A stretch of DNA of 64,000 bases from positions 4,025-68,024 of the forward strand of contig JAXDIG010000023.1 of the NCBI GenBank assembly GCA_034664125.1, in the 5' to 3' direction. Below the pieces are notes generated by a model. That model was given only the letters and a program-made list of their open reading frames with translations. It was not told the origin of the DNA and did no database searches. Origin of the DNA: Thermoleophilaceae bacterium. GTDB taxonomy: Bacteria > Actinomycetota > Thermoleophilia > Solirubrobacterales > Thermoleophilaceae. The position numbers and the translations under genes are program-made. Positions 23,322-31,641 of the stretch are shown here, one piece after another (within the stretch, counting starts at the first letter, position 1; each line of letters opens with the position of its first letter).

Positions 23322-24683
23322 ATGACCGAGCTGCTTCTTCTGCTGGGCGTCCTCCTGCTGGTGGCCGCGAACGGCTTCTTCGTCGCGGCCGAGTTCGCGC
23401 TCGTGCGCGCGCGTGAAGGCCGCGTGGAGCAGCTGCGCGACGAGGGCCGGCGCGGCGCGGCGCTGGTGCTGGAGCAGATCGACCGCATCGACGAGTACCT
23501 GTCGGCCTGCCAGCTCGGCATCACGATGGCCTCGCTGGGCATCGGCTTCCTCGGCGAGCCCGCGATCGCGAGCCTGCTGGAGAAGGCGTTCGGCGACAGC
23601 GTGTCGCACAGCCTCTCGCTCGCGATCTCCCTCACGATCGCGTACCTGCTCACCACGGCGCTGCACATCACGGTCGGCGAGCAGGTGCCGAAGATCTACG
23701 CGATCGTGCACGCCGAGCGCACCGCGTTGCGCGTCGCCCGGCCGCTGCACTGGTTCCGCGTCGCGTTCAACCCGCTGATCTGGGCGCTCAACTCGGCTTC
23801 CAACGGCATCTTGCGCCTGGTGGGCGTGGACCCGCGGGCGGAGTTCGAGGAGGTTTCCTCGTCCGAGGACCTCAAGCTGATCATCGCGCGCAGCACGCGC
23901 GGCGGGAAGCTCGACCCCGGCGAGGCCGGGATGCTCTCGGGCGTCTTCCACCTGCACGAGCAGGAGGCGCGGCAGGTGATGACGCCGATCCCCGCGGTGG
24001 TGACGGTGGACGCGTCGGACAGCGTGGAAACCGCGCTGCGTCGCGCGGTCGACTCGGGACATACCAGGTTGGTGGTGACCGAGGACGGCAACACCGACCG
24101 CATCAAGGGCGTGGTCCACGTCAACTCGCTGGTCCGCAGGCTGATGACCGACGGACCGCAGGCCTCGATCGCGGACAGCGTCAAGGACGTGCTGATCGTG
24201 CCGGAAACCAAGCCGCTCGACGACCTGCTCGCGGACCTCCAGCGCGAGCGCGCCTCGATGGCGGTGGTGGTCGACGAGTACGGGCGTACCGCCGGCATCG
24301 TCACGATCGAGGACATCATCGAGGAGGTCGTGGGCGAGATCGCCGACGAAACCGATCCCGCGGTGGCCGGCATCAGGCGCCTGGCCAACGGCGACTGGTG
24401 GGTCAGGGGCCACGTCCCGATCACCGACCTCGCCGACTACGGGCTCGAGCTGCCGGTGGACTCGGAGGCCTACAACTCGGTCGGCGGCTTCGTGTTCGGG
24501 GAGCTCGGGCGGCTCCCCAAGCGCGGCGACATGGTGCAGGTCAACGGCTATTCGCTGCGGGTGGAATCGGTGCGCGAGAACCGCGTGGAGGCGGTGCGCA
24601 TCCGCAACCACCATTCCAGCGAGGGGAGCGGCGCGGAGCAACGCGAGCCCGCTGCCCCGGCTGACCAGCCGTTCCGTCCGTAG
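23322..24683 (+). CDS. CNNM/DUF21-CBS-CorC_HlyC family (hemolysin-like) membrane protein
   Basis: The DUF21 region begins NGFFVAAEFALVRAR. A CBS pair follows, and the C-terminus contains a CorC_HlyC domain (GGFVFGELGRLPKRGD). Confidence 0.9.
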   Translation: MTELLLLLGVLLLVAANGFFVAAEFALVRAREGRVEQLRDEGRRGAALVLEQIDRIDEYLSACQLGITMASLGIGFLGEPAIASLLEKAFGDSVSHSLSLAISLTIAYLLTTALHITVGEQVPKIYAIVHAERTALRVARPLHWFRVAFNPLIWALNSASNGILRLVGVDPRAEFEEVSSSEDLKLIIARSTRGGKLDPGEAGMLSGVFHLHEQEARQVMTPIPAVVTVDASDSVETALRRAVDSGHTRLVVTEDGNTDRIKGVVHVNSLVRRLMTDGPQASIADSVKDVLIVPETKPLDDLLADLQRERASMAVVVDEYGRTAGIVTIEDIIEEVVGEIADETDPAVAGIRRLANGDWWVRGHVPITDLADYGLELPVDSEAYNSVGGFVFGELGRLPKRGDMVQVNGYSLRVESVRENRVEAVRIRNHHSSEGSGAEQREPAAPADQPFRP

Positions 24684-24734
24684 CTGGGTTCAACCTCCCG
24701 TCAGGTGCTCGTCGTCGGAGGAGGTTCTGCCGGG

Positions 24735-25013
24735 ATGTGGTGCGTCAAGCTCACCGATTCGCAACGTGACGCCCTGATCGCGCTGGTCAAGACGCAGTGC
24801 GAGCCCGGTCCCGCGGTCACGGCCGTGCTGGAGGCGCTCACGCTGGCGCGCTGGGACGACCTGCCGGACGCGACGCTGCCATGGGACCGCGTCGCCGAGC
24901 TCGCCCGCGCGCAGGGCATCGGAGAGGCCGACGTGGTCTGGGACCTGGCCGCCGGGATGCCGCCGAAGCGCACCTCACCAGGCACCGCCCTCGTGCCGCG
25001 GGCCGGCGTGTAG
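24735..25013 (+). CDS. Hypothetical protein
   Basis: The ATG is preceded by GGAGGAGG. The ORF encodes 92 aa and I recognise no domain. Confidence 0.45.
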   Translation: MWCVKLTDSQRDALIALVKTQCEPGPAVTAVLEALTLARWDDLPDATLPWDRVAELARAQGIGEADVVWDLAAGMPPKRTSPGTALVPRAGV

Positions 25014-25023
25014 GCTCGCCGCC

Positions 25024-25524
25024 ATAGAGCGCTTCCACCTCGCCCAGGTCAATATCGCCCTTCCCCAGGCGCCCCTGGACACGCCACAGCTGGCCCAGTT
25101 CGTCGCGCTGCTGGAGCCGGTCAACGCCCTGGCCGACGCCGCGCCCGGGTTCGTCTGGCGCCTGCAGGGCGAGACCGGGGACGCCACCTCGATCAAGGCC
25201 TTCGGCGACGAGCGCCTGATCGTGAACATGTCCGTCTGGGACAGCCTCGACGCACTCTGGCGCTTCGTCTACGACGGCGGGCACCTGGACGTGATGCGGC
25301 GGCGGCGCGAGTGGTTCGAGCGCCTGCGCATGCACCTGGCGCTCTGGTGGGTGCCCGCCGGCACGCTGCCGACCGTCCAGGACGCGGAGCTGCGGCTCGC
25401 CGCGCTCGAGGAGCGCGGCCCGACTCCCTACGCGTTCACCTTCAAGCGGGCGTTCTCACCCGTAGCTGTAGAAGCCCTCCCCGGCCTTGCGGCCGAGCTT
25501 CCCCTCTGCGATCAGCTCGCGTAG
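25024..25524 (+). CDS. DUF3291-domain protein with no canonical start codon (candidate ATA start or start-codon-loss pseudogene)
   Basis: In frame, IERFHLAQVNIALPQAPLDTPQLAQFVALLEPVNALADAAPGFVWRL...IVNMSVWDSLDALWRFVY matches the DUF3291 N-terminus. No ATG, GTG or TTG occurs in this frame between the upstream TGA (24775) and 25216. Confidence 0.6.
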   Translation: MERFHLAQVNIALPQAPLDTPQLAQFVALLEPVNALADAAPGFVWRLQGETGDATSIKAFGDERLIVNMSVWDSLDALWRFVYDGGHLDVMRRRREWFERLRMHLALWWVPAGTLPTVQDAELRLAALEERGPTPYAFTFKRAFSPVAVEALPGLAAELPLCDQLA

Positions 25525-26214
25525 GCCCTGGGGCACGTCGGCCCCGATCGACTCGCCGATCGCCGCCGCCACGTCGAGCCCCACGAAGTCGAGCACTGCC
25601 AGCGGCCCCATCGGGTGGCCGGCGCCGAGCTTCATGCAGGTGTCGATGTCCTGCGCGTCGAGGCCGTCGCGCTCGAGCAGGCGCACCGCGTCGAAGAGGT
25701 AGGGGAAGAGCAGCTTGTTGACCACGAAGCCTGCCGCGTCGGGCACCTCGACGGCCGTCTTCTCGAGCCGCTCGCAGAGCCGGTGCAGCTCGAGCTTCGT
25801 CTCCGCGGTGGCCTCTTCGGGGAAGGACAGCTCGACCAGCTTCATCTTCTCGACGGGGTTGAACACGTGCAGCGCGGCGAAGCGCTCGGGACGGCCGCTG
25901 GCCTGCGCCAGCTCGGCGACGGAGAGCGACGAAGTGGTGGTGGCGACGATCGTCTCGGGCGGGAGCAGCTCGCCCAGCAGGCGATGGATGTCGCACTTGA
26001 TCTCGGAGTCCTCGGCGACCGCCTCGACCACGATGTCGCAGCCGCTCAGTACACCCAGATCGGTGACGACGCTCGCGGTGCCGACCTTCTCGGCGGCCCG
26101 CTCGGCCGACTCCTCGCTGCGCGCCCAGACCACCACCTCGTGGTGCTCCGCGGCCGCCCGCGCAAGCCCCCGGGCGATAGCCCCGCTGCCCACTATTCCC
26201 AGTTGATGAGCCAC
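25456..26214 (-). CDS. 3-hydroxyacyl-CoA (3-hydroxybutyryl-CoA) dehydrogenase
   Basis: The sequence reads LGIVGSGAIARGLA...IVVEAV.ED..IK...TTTSSLSV...FAALHVFNPV..MKLVEL...GFVVNKLL.PYL. The GTG at 26214 is preferred; an alternative TTG lies at 26244. Confidence 0.9.
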   Translation of the reverse strand: MAHQLGIVGSGAIARGLARAAAEHHEVVVWARSEESAERAAEKVGTASVVTDLGVLSGCDIVVEAVAEDSEIKCDIHRLLGELLPPETIVATTTSSLSVAELAQASGRPERFAALHVFNPVEKMKLVELSFPEEATAETKLELHRLCERLEKTAVEVPDAAGFVVNKLLFPYLFDAVRLLERDGLDAQDIDTCMKLGAGHPMGPLAVLDFVGLDVAAAIGESIGADVPQGLRELIAEGKLGRKAGEGFYSYG

Positions 26215-26228
26215 ATTCGCACCCTTGG

Positions 26229-26244
26229 TTGACTGGTCAGTCAA
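26229..26244. promoter_or_regulatory. Palindrome TTGACT-GGTC-AGTCAA in the divergent hbd/thiolase intergenic region
   Basis: The arms are perfect 6-bp inverted repeats. Nearly the same 16-mer recurs at 35949-35964. Confidence 0.6.
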
Positions 26245-26261
26245 TCAAGTAGGCTTACCAC

Positions 26262-27434
26262 ATGCGAAACGGCAATGGGCGTGAGGTGGTCATCGTCGAG
26301 GCGGTCCGAACCCCCATCGGACGGGGTCATCCGGAGAAGGGCTACTACAAGAAAACCCACCCCAACGAGCTGCTCGGGAAGACCTACACCGAGGTCATCG
26401 ACCGCGCCGGAATCGACGCTTCCGAGGTCGAGGACGTCATCACGGGCTGTGTCCAGCAGTTCGGCGAGCAGATGTTCAACGTCGGCCGCAACGCGTGGCT
26501 GCAGGCCGGGCTGCCGGTCGAGACGCCAGCCACCACGGTGGACCGCCAGTGCGGGTCGGCCCAGCAGGCCGTGAACTTCGCCGCCGCCCTGATCGCCTCC
26601 GGCGTCCACGACGCCGCGATCGGCTCGGGCGTCGAGCACATGGGCCACATCCCGATGGGCGTGGGCTTCAAGTGGGTCGACGACGTCGGCTCGCCCTGGC
26701 CGCCGGAGCTGCTCGAGCACTACAAGCTCGTGCCCCAGGGCATCTCGGCCGAGATGATCGCCGACCAGTGGGAGATCCCCCGCTCCGAGCTCGACGAGAT
26801 CGGCGTGCGCTCGCACCAGCTGGCGCACCAGGCCACCGAGGAAGGCCGCTTCGAGCGCGAGATCGTCCCCTTCGCCGTCAACGGCGACACCTACGTGACC
26901 GACCAGGGCATCCGCCCCGACTCGAGCATCGACACGCTTTCGCAGCTCAAGCCGGCCTTCAAGGAGGACGGCAAGATCACCGCGGGCAACTCGTCGCAGA
27001 TCTCCGACGGCGCGGCGGCGGTGCTGCTGATGTCGCGCGAGAAGGCGGACGCGCTCGGGCTCAAGCCGCGCGCGCGCATCGTCGACCAGACGACGGTCGG
27101 CGTGGACCCCGTGATCATGCTCACCGGCCCGATTCCGGCCACGCGCAAGCTGCTCGAGCGCAACGGGATGCAGATCGGCGACATCGACCTGATCGAGATC
27201 AACGAGGCGTTCGCCTCCGTGGTAGCCGCGTGGCGGCGCGAGCTCGAGCCGGACATGGACCGCGTGAACGTGAACGGCGGCGCGATCGCGCTCGGGCACC
27301 CGCTCGGCTCGACCGGCGCCCGCCTGATCACCACCCTGCTGCACGAGCTCGAGCGCTCCGACAAGGAAGTCGGGCTCGTGACGATGTGCTGCGGCGGCGG
27401 TCTGGGCACCGGCACGCTGATCCAGCGGGTCTAG
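26262..27434 (+). CDS. Acetyl-CoA C-acyltransferase (thiolase)
   Basis: The sequence reads VVIVEAVRTPIGRG...VDRQCGSAQQAV...NGGAIALGHPLGSTGARL...MCCGGGLG. Confidence 0.93.
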   Translation: MRNGNGREVVIVEAVRTPIGRGHPEKGYYKKTHPNELLGKTYTEVIDRAGIDASEVEDVITGCVQQFGEQMFNVGRNAWLQAGLPVETPATTVDRQCGSAQQAVNFAAALIASGVHDAAIGSGVEHMGHIPMGVGFKWVDDVGSPWPPELLEHYKLVPQGISAEMIADQWEIPRSELDEIGVRSHQLAHQATEEGRFEREIVPFAVNGDTYVTDQGIRPDSSIDTLSQLKPAFKEDGKITAGNSSQISDGAAAVLLMSREKADALGLKPRARIVDQTTVGVDPVIMLTGPIPATRKLLERNGMQIGDIDLIEINEAFASVVAAWRRELEPDMDRVNVNGGAIALGHPLGSTGARLITTLLHELERSDKEVGLVTMCCGGGLGTGTLIQRV

Positions 27435-27482
27435 ACAACCGTCCCGGTTACCGGCTCCCGCCCAGCGGGTAGAAGCGCGGGC

Positions 27483-28925
27483 GTGCCTGTACACACGCAG
27501 GGATCGCTGCTGGCTGGGCGCTACCGGGTCCTGGAGCGCCTCGGCGCGGGCGGGATGGCCTCGGTGCTGCTCTGCCACGACGAGCGACTCGGCCGCCGCG
27601 TGGCCGTGAAGCGGCTGCACGCCGACAGCCCGGCCGAAGTCGAGCAGCGCTTCGTGCGCGAGGCCAAGCTGGGCGCCTCCCTGAACCACCCGAACCTGGT
27701 GTCGGTCTTCGACACGGAAACCGACGACGAGGGCGTGCTGATCGTCATGGAGTACGTCGAGGGCGAGCCGCTGGCCGCCGCGCTGCGCCGCGGGTCGCTC
27801 GAGGCGGCGCACGTCGCGAGCGTGGCCCGGCAGCTCGGCGAGGCGCTCGACCACGCGCACGGCCACGGGATCGTCCACCGCGACGTCAAGCCCGCCAACG
27901 TCCTGCTGCGCACCGACGGCGCCGCCAAGCTGGCTGACCTTGGCATCGCGACCGCGGCCGACCAGACCCGGCTCACCCGGAGCGGCACTGTGCTCGGCAG
28001 CGCCCCCTACATGGCGCCCGAGCAGCTGGAGGGGCGCCAGGCCGGGCCGCCCGCGGACGTCTACGCGCTCGCCACCGTGTGCTTCGAGGCGCTCGCCGGC
28101 CAGCGCGCCCGGCCGGGGCGCACGCCGATGGAGATCGCCCATCGGATCGCGACGGCCGAGCCGCCCGACGTGCGGGAGCTCGCGCCGGGCCTGCCCGCCG
28201 AGGCCGCAGCGGCGCTGGCCCGCGGGATGGCGCGCGAGCCGGCGGACCGGCAGGGCTCGGCCGGGGAGCTGGCGGCACAGCTGGCGAGCGCGCTGGAGGG
28301 GCCGGCGCCGCGGGCACCGGCGCCGCGGGCACCGGCGACGACCGCCACGCGGCCCGTGCGGCGCGTGTCGGGCAGTCGCGCGGCCTCGGGTCGCCGCCCC
28401 GTCGAGAGCGCTCTCGCGCTCGGCCTGCTCGCCCTTGCCGCGGTGGCGGTTGTGGCGGCTGTGCTGCTGAGCGGCGGCGGGGGCGGGGGCGGCGATGCCC
28501 GGCCGGCCCAGCGGCCGGATGCCCGGGCGCAGCCGGGCAAGCGCGACCAGCCGGCCGCCGACCAGCCGCCTGCCGACCAGCCGGCCGCCGACCAGCCGCC
28601 TGCCGACGAGCCGGCCGCCGGCCAGCCGGCGACCGTCGATCCCGCGCGCGGGGTTCAGCTCAACGAGCAGGGCTTCGCGCTCATGGGCCGCGGCGACTTC
28701 GCGGGGGCCGTTCCCATCCTGGAGCGAGCCGTCGCCTCCTGGCCCGCGAGCAGCGGCGACCTGAACTACGCCTACGCGCTCTACAACCTCGGCAAGTCGC
28801 TCAACCGCGCGGGTCGTGCGGCCGACGCGATTCCCTACCTCGAGAAGCGGCTGCGCTGGGACAACCAGCGCGCCACGGTGCAGGCCGAGCTCGACCTCGC
28901 GCGCAAGAACGCCGGACAGGGGTAG
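27483..28925 (+). CDS. Ser/Thr protein kinase with TM segment, proline-rich tandem-repeat linker and TPR-like extracytoplasmic tail
   Basis: Kinase motifs are GAGGMASV, VAVKRL, HRDVKPANVLL, DLGIA and APE. The transmembrane segment is LLALAAVAVVAAVLL. The start is GTG. Confidence 0.9.
   Translation: MPVHTQGSLLAGRYRVLERLGAGGMASVLLCHDERLGRRVAVKRLHADSPAEVEQRFVREAKLGASLNHPNLVSVFDTETDDEGVLIVMEYVEGEPLAAALRRGSLEAAHVASVARQLGEALDHAHGHGIVHRDVKPANVLLRTDGAAKLADLGIATAADQTRLTRSGTVLGSAPYMAPEQLEGRQAGPPADVYALATVCFEALAGQRARPGRTPMEIAHRIATAEPPDVRELAPGLPAEAAAALARGMAREPADRQGSAGELAAQLASALEGPAPRAPAPRAPATTATRPVRRVSGSRAASGRRPVESALALGLLALAAVAVVAAVLLSGGGGGGGDARPAQRPDARAQPGKRDQPAADQPPADQPAADQPPADEPAAGQPATVDPARGVQLNEQGFALMGRGDFAGAVPILERAVASWPASSGDLNYAYALYNLGKSLNRAGRAADAIPYLEKRLRWDNQRATVQAELDLARKNAGQG
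28545..28634 (+). repeat. Six tandem 15-bp units (GACCAGCCGSCBGCC) encoding (DQPAA/DQPPA)n inside the kinase gene
   Basis: By direct reading, units 1 and 3 are identical and units 2 and 4 are identical. Units 5 and 6 are degenerate. Confidence 0.85.
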
Positions 28926-28937
28926 CCTGCCGGGCGC

Positions 28938-30101
28938 ATGGCCCGCCTGGAGCTGATTCCGACCGACGAGGAGCGCGAGATCCGCGCCGCCGTGCGCGGC
29001 ATCTGCGGCTCCTTCGGTGACGACTACTCGCGGCGCAAGCACGCCGAGGGCGAGCCGCCCACGGAGCTGTGGGACGCGCTCGCGGAGAAGGGCTACCTGG
29101 GCGTCAACCTGCCCGAGGAGTGGGGCGGCGGCGGCCTCGGCATGTCGGGCCTGGCGGCCGTCGGCGAGGAGATCTCGGGGGCCGGCAAGTCGCTGCTGCT
29201 GATCGTGGTGTCACCGGCGATCGTCGGGTCGATCCTGGCCCGCCACGGCACCGACGACCAGAAGGAGGAGTGGCTGCGCGGCATCGCGGCGGGCACGACC
29301 AAGGTGGCCTTTGCGATCACCGAGCCCGACGCCGGCACCAACTCCCACAACCTCTCCACCTCGCTCGAGCGCCGCGGCGACCGGCTGCTGCTGAACGGCC
29401 AGAAGACCTACATCTCGGGCGTGGAGCACGCCGACGCGGTGCTGGTAGTCGCCCGCAGCCGGCTCCCGGACGGGCAGCTGGGCCTGCCCTCGCTCTGCCT
29501 CGTCGACGTGGACGCGCCGGGCTTCACGCGCGACCCGATCCCGATGCCCTACATCGGCCCGGACAGGCAGTGGACGCTCTTCTTCGACGACGTCGAGCTG
29601 GCCGAAGAGCGCCTGATCGGCGGCGAGGGGGGCGGCCTCGGGCCGGTGTTCGACGGCCTCAACCCCGAGCGCATCATGGGCGCGGCCGTGGCGTGCGGAG
29701 CGGGACGCCGGGCGCTCGAGAAGGCGGCCGCGTACGCCAATGAACGCGCCGTCTGGGGGGCTCCGATCGGCACTCACCAGGGCATCGCCCACCCGCTCGC
29801 GGAGGCCAAGATCGACCTGGAGCTGGCGCGCCTGATGCTGCAGAAGGCGGCGGCGCTCTACGACGCCGGCGCTCCGGGCGCCGGCGAGGCCTCGAACATG
29901 GCCAAGTACGCGGCGGCGGAGGCGGCGATCGAGTGCGTCGACCGTGCGATCCAGACGCACGGCGGGAACGGCTTCGCGCTCGAGTACGGGCTGAGCGACA
30001 TGTGGTGGGGAGTGCGCCTCACGCGGACGGCCCCCGTTTCCCGCGAGATGATCCTGAACTACGTGGCCGAGCACTCCCTCGGCCTGCCGAAGAGCTACTG
30101 A
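28938..30101 (+). CDS. Acyl-CoA dehydrogenase
   Basis: The ORF is a full-length ACAD (387 aa) with EEWGGGGLG, AFAITEPDAGTN and GGNGF..EY. Confidence 0.92.
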   Translation: MARLELIPTDEEREIRAAVRGICGSFGDDYSRRKHAEGEPPTELWDALAEKGYLGVNLPEEWGGGGLGMSGLAAVGEEISGAGKSLLLIVVSPAIVGSILARHGTDDQKEEWLRGIAAGTTKVAFAITEPDAGTNSHNLSTSLERRGDRLLLNGQKTYISGVEHADAVLVVARSRLPDGQLGLPSLCLVDVDAPGFTRDPIPMPYIGPDRQWTLFFDDVELAEERLIGGEGGGLGPVFDGLNPERIMGAAVACGAGRRALEKAAAYANERAVWGAPIGTHQGIAHPLAEAKIDLELARLMLQKAAALYDAGAPGAGEASNMAKYAAAEAAIECVDRAIQTHGGNGFALEYGLSDMWWGVRLTRTAPVSREMILNYVAEHSLGLPKSY

Positions 30102-31018
30102 CCCGCTCCGCGCTCGTTTCGCTGGCGCTGGTCGTCGTCGCCCTGGCGGCGCCCGCGGCGGCCCCCGCCGACGAACCGGCCCCCTGGCGCCCAGCCGTGC
30201 CCGAGGCGCGCGCGTACGCCGAGGCGCGGCTCGGCACGGTTTCATTTGCGGTACGCACCGAGAAGCGGCTCTACGGGGTGGCGCTGCGGCGCACGGTCCC
30301 GTCGGCGAGCGTGCTCAAGGCGATGCTGCTCGTCGCCTACCTGCGCGAGCCCGCGGTGCGCGACCGGCCGCTGCGCAAGGCCGACCGGGCGCTGCTCGAG
30401 CCGATGGTGCGCTGGTCCGACAACGTCGCGGCCACCCGCGTGCGCGACATCGTGGGCAACGAGGGGCTCGTGCGCCTGGCGCGACGCGTGGGCATGCGCG
30501 CGTTCGTGCCCGCGCCGGTGTGGGGCCTGTCGCGCATCGACGCCGCCGACCAGACGCTGTTCTTCCTCCACATCGAGCGCTACGTACCGCGGCGCCACCG
30601 CGCGACGGCGCTGCGCCTGCTGAGCTCGATCGTGCCCTCACAGCGCTGGGGCATCGCGCGAGTGCGCCCGCCCGGGTGGGCGCTCTACTTCAAGGGCGGC
30701 TGGGGCTCCGGCAGCGGAGCGGTGGACCACCAGGTGGCGCTCCTGAGGCGCGGCATGCGACGCCTGTCGGTCGCGATCCTCACGACGAACAGCCCGAGCC
30801 ACACGTACGGCAAGGAGACGCTGCGCGGCGTGGCTGCCCGGCTGCTGCGCGGGCTGGGCCCCGAAACGGTTGCCATGTCTGACGTTCGGGGCCCACCCCC
30901 TCGCCTGGGCGCCCCTTATTGCTGCCTCTTGCGCCTGAGCCCGGCGCGACGCCAGCCCTACAGCTCGGCCGACTCCGCCGCCACCTGCGGTCCCGCGAGC
31001 AGCGCGACCTGCAGGTAG
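30098..31018 (+). CDS. Secreted class A beta-lactamase-like serine hydrolase; the start is probably CTG 30098 in a cTGA overlap
   Basis: A signal-like N-terminus (LTRSALVSLALVVVALAAPAAAPA) is followed by SASVLK (SxxK), WSDN (SDN) and FKGGWG (KTG-like). The nearest canonical start is ATG 29933, 165 nt inside the upstream gene. The C-terminal tail runs through repeat element A. Confidence 0.65.
   Translation: MTRSALVSLALVVVALAAPAAAPADEPAPWRPAVPEARAYAEARLGTVSFAVRTEKRLYGVALRRTVPSASVLKAMLLVAYLREPAVRDRPLRKADRALLEPMVRWSDNVAATRVRDIVGNEGLVRLARRVGMRAFVPAPVWGLSRIDAADQTLFFLHIERYVPRRHRATALRLLSSIVPSQRWGIARVRPPGWALYFKGGWGSGSGAVDHQVALLRRGMRRLSVAILTTNSPSHTYGKETLRGVAARLLRGLGPETVAMSDVRGPPPRLGAPYCCLLRLSPARRQPYSSADSAATCGPASSATCR
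30851..30955. repeat. Hairpin-containing intergenic repeat element, copy A
   Basis: It shares a perfect 27-mer, CATGTCTGACGTTCGGGGCCCACCCCC (30874-30900), plus diverged flanks with 58838-58948. It contains the inverted repeat TGGGCCCCGAA(A)CG / CGTTCGGGGCCCA. Confidence 0.8.
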
Positions 31019-31614
31019 AGGAGCACCGGCTCCAGCGCCGGCAGCTCCTCGGCGCCGTGCTCGCGGATGTGGCGCACGACCACGTCGTCGACCGCGGCCA
31101 CCACGGCGTGGAAGATCTCGACCGGGAGGCGCGGACCCACCTGCGTCCCGCGCCGCTCCAACATCAGCTCGGCGTAGCGGTCGCGCAGCCGCTCGCGGCG
31201 CTCCAGCGCCTGCGGGCCCGCGGCGCCCACCTCGATCAGGAATACGCGCGCGAGCGCCGGCTCGGCCGCCAGCCAGCGCAGGTAGGCCCGGATTCCGGCG
31301 CGGGTGCGCTCGACCCAGTCGTCGTGCGTGGCGTGCGCCTCGCGGACGCGCTCGAGCAGCTCCTCGCCGGCGGCCTCGTAGGCGGCCAGGAAGCACTCCT
31401 GCTTGTCGGCGAAGTGGTCGTAGAAGGTCTTCTTCGAAACACCGGCGCCGCGGACCACGTCGTCGATCGTCGCGGCCGCGTAGCCGCGCTCCGCCACGGC
31501 CCTCCCGACCGCCTCCAGCAGCCGCGTCCGCTGTGACGCCTCGACGACGTCGCGGTCGAGCCCGTGGGTGCCGCGCGGCAGGCGGCGGGGGATGTCCTGA
31601 TCGATCGACTCCAT
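30958..31614 (-). CDS. TetR/AcrR-family transcriptional regulator
   Basis: The HTH region is RTRLLEAVGRAVAERGYAAATIDDVVRGAGVSKKTFYDHFADKQECF. Confidence 0.92.
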   Translation of the reverse strand: MESIDQDIPRRLPRGTHGLDRDVVEASQRTRLLEAVGRAVAERGYAAATIDDVVRGAGVSKKTFYDHFADKQECFLAAYEAAGEELLERVREAHATHDDWVERTRAGIRAYLRWLAAEPALARVFLIEVGAAGPQALERRERLRDRYAELMLERRGTQVGPRLPVEIFHAVVAAVDDVVVRHIREHGAEELPALEPVLLYLQVALLAGPQVAAESAEL

Positions 31615-31616
31615 TG

Positions 31617-31632
31617 TGTACGCCCTGGTACA
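31617..31632. promoter_or_regulatory. Palindrome TGTAC-GCCCTG-GTACA in the 27-bp gap between the TetR and acyl-CoA dehydrogenase starts
   Basis: The arms are 5 bp and perfect, and the palindrome is centred in the divergent gap (31615-31641). Confidence 0.55.
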
Positions 31633-31641
31633 TTACCGCCC

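Noticed and set aside
25456-25524. A 69-nt convergent overlap between DUF3291 and hbd.
   Set aside because: The explanation is the same: the DUF3291 domain ends near 25470 and the remainder is a run-on tail.
28545-28634. Tandem repeats considered as CRISPR-like arrays. Other examples are at 53060-53228, 35833-35916 and 1427-1479.
   Set aside because: The units are contiguous with no unique spacers, mostly lie inside coding frames, and no cas genes are present.
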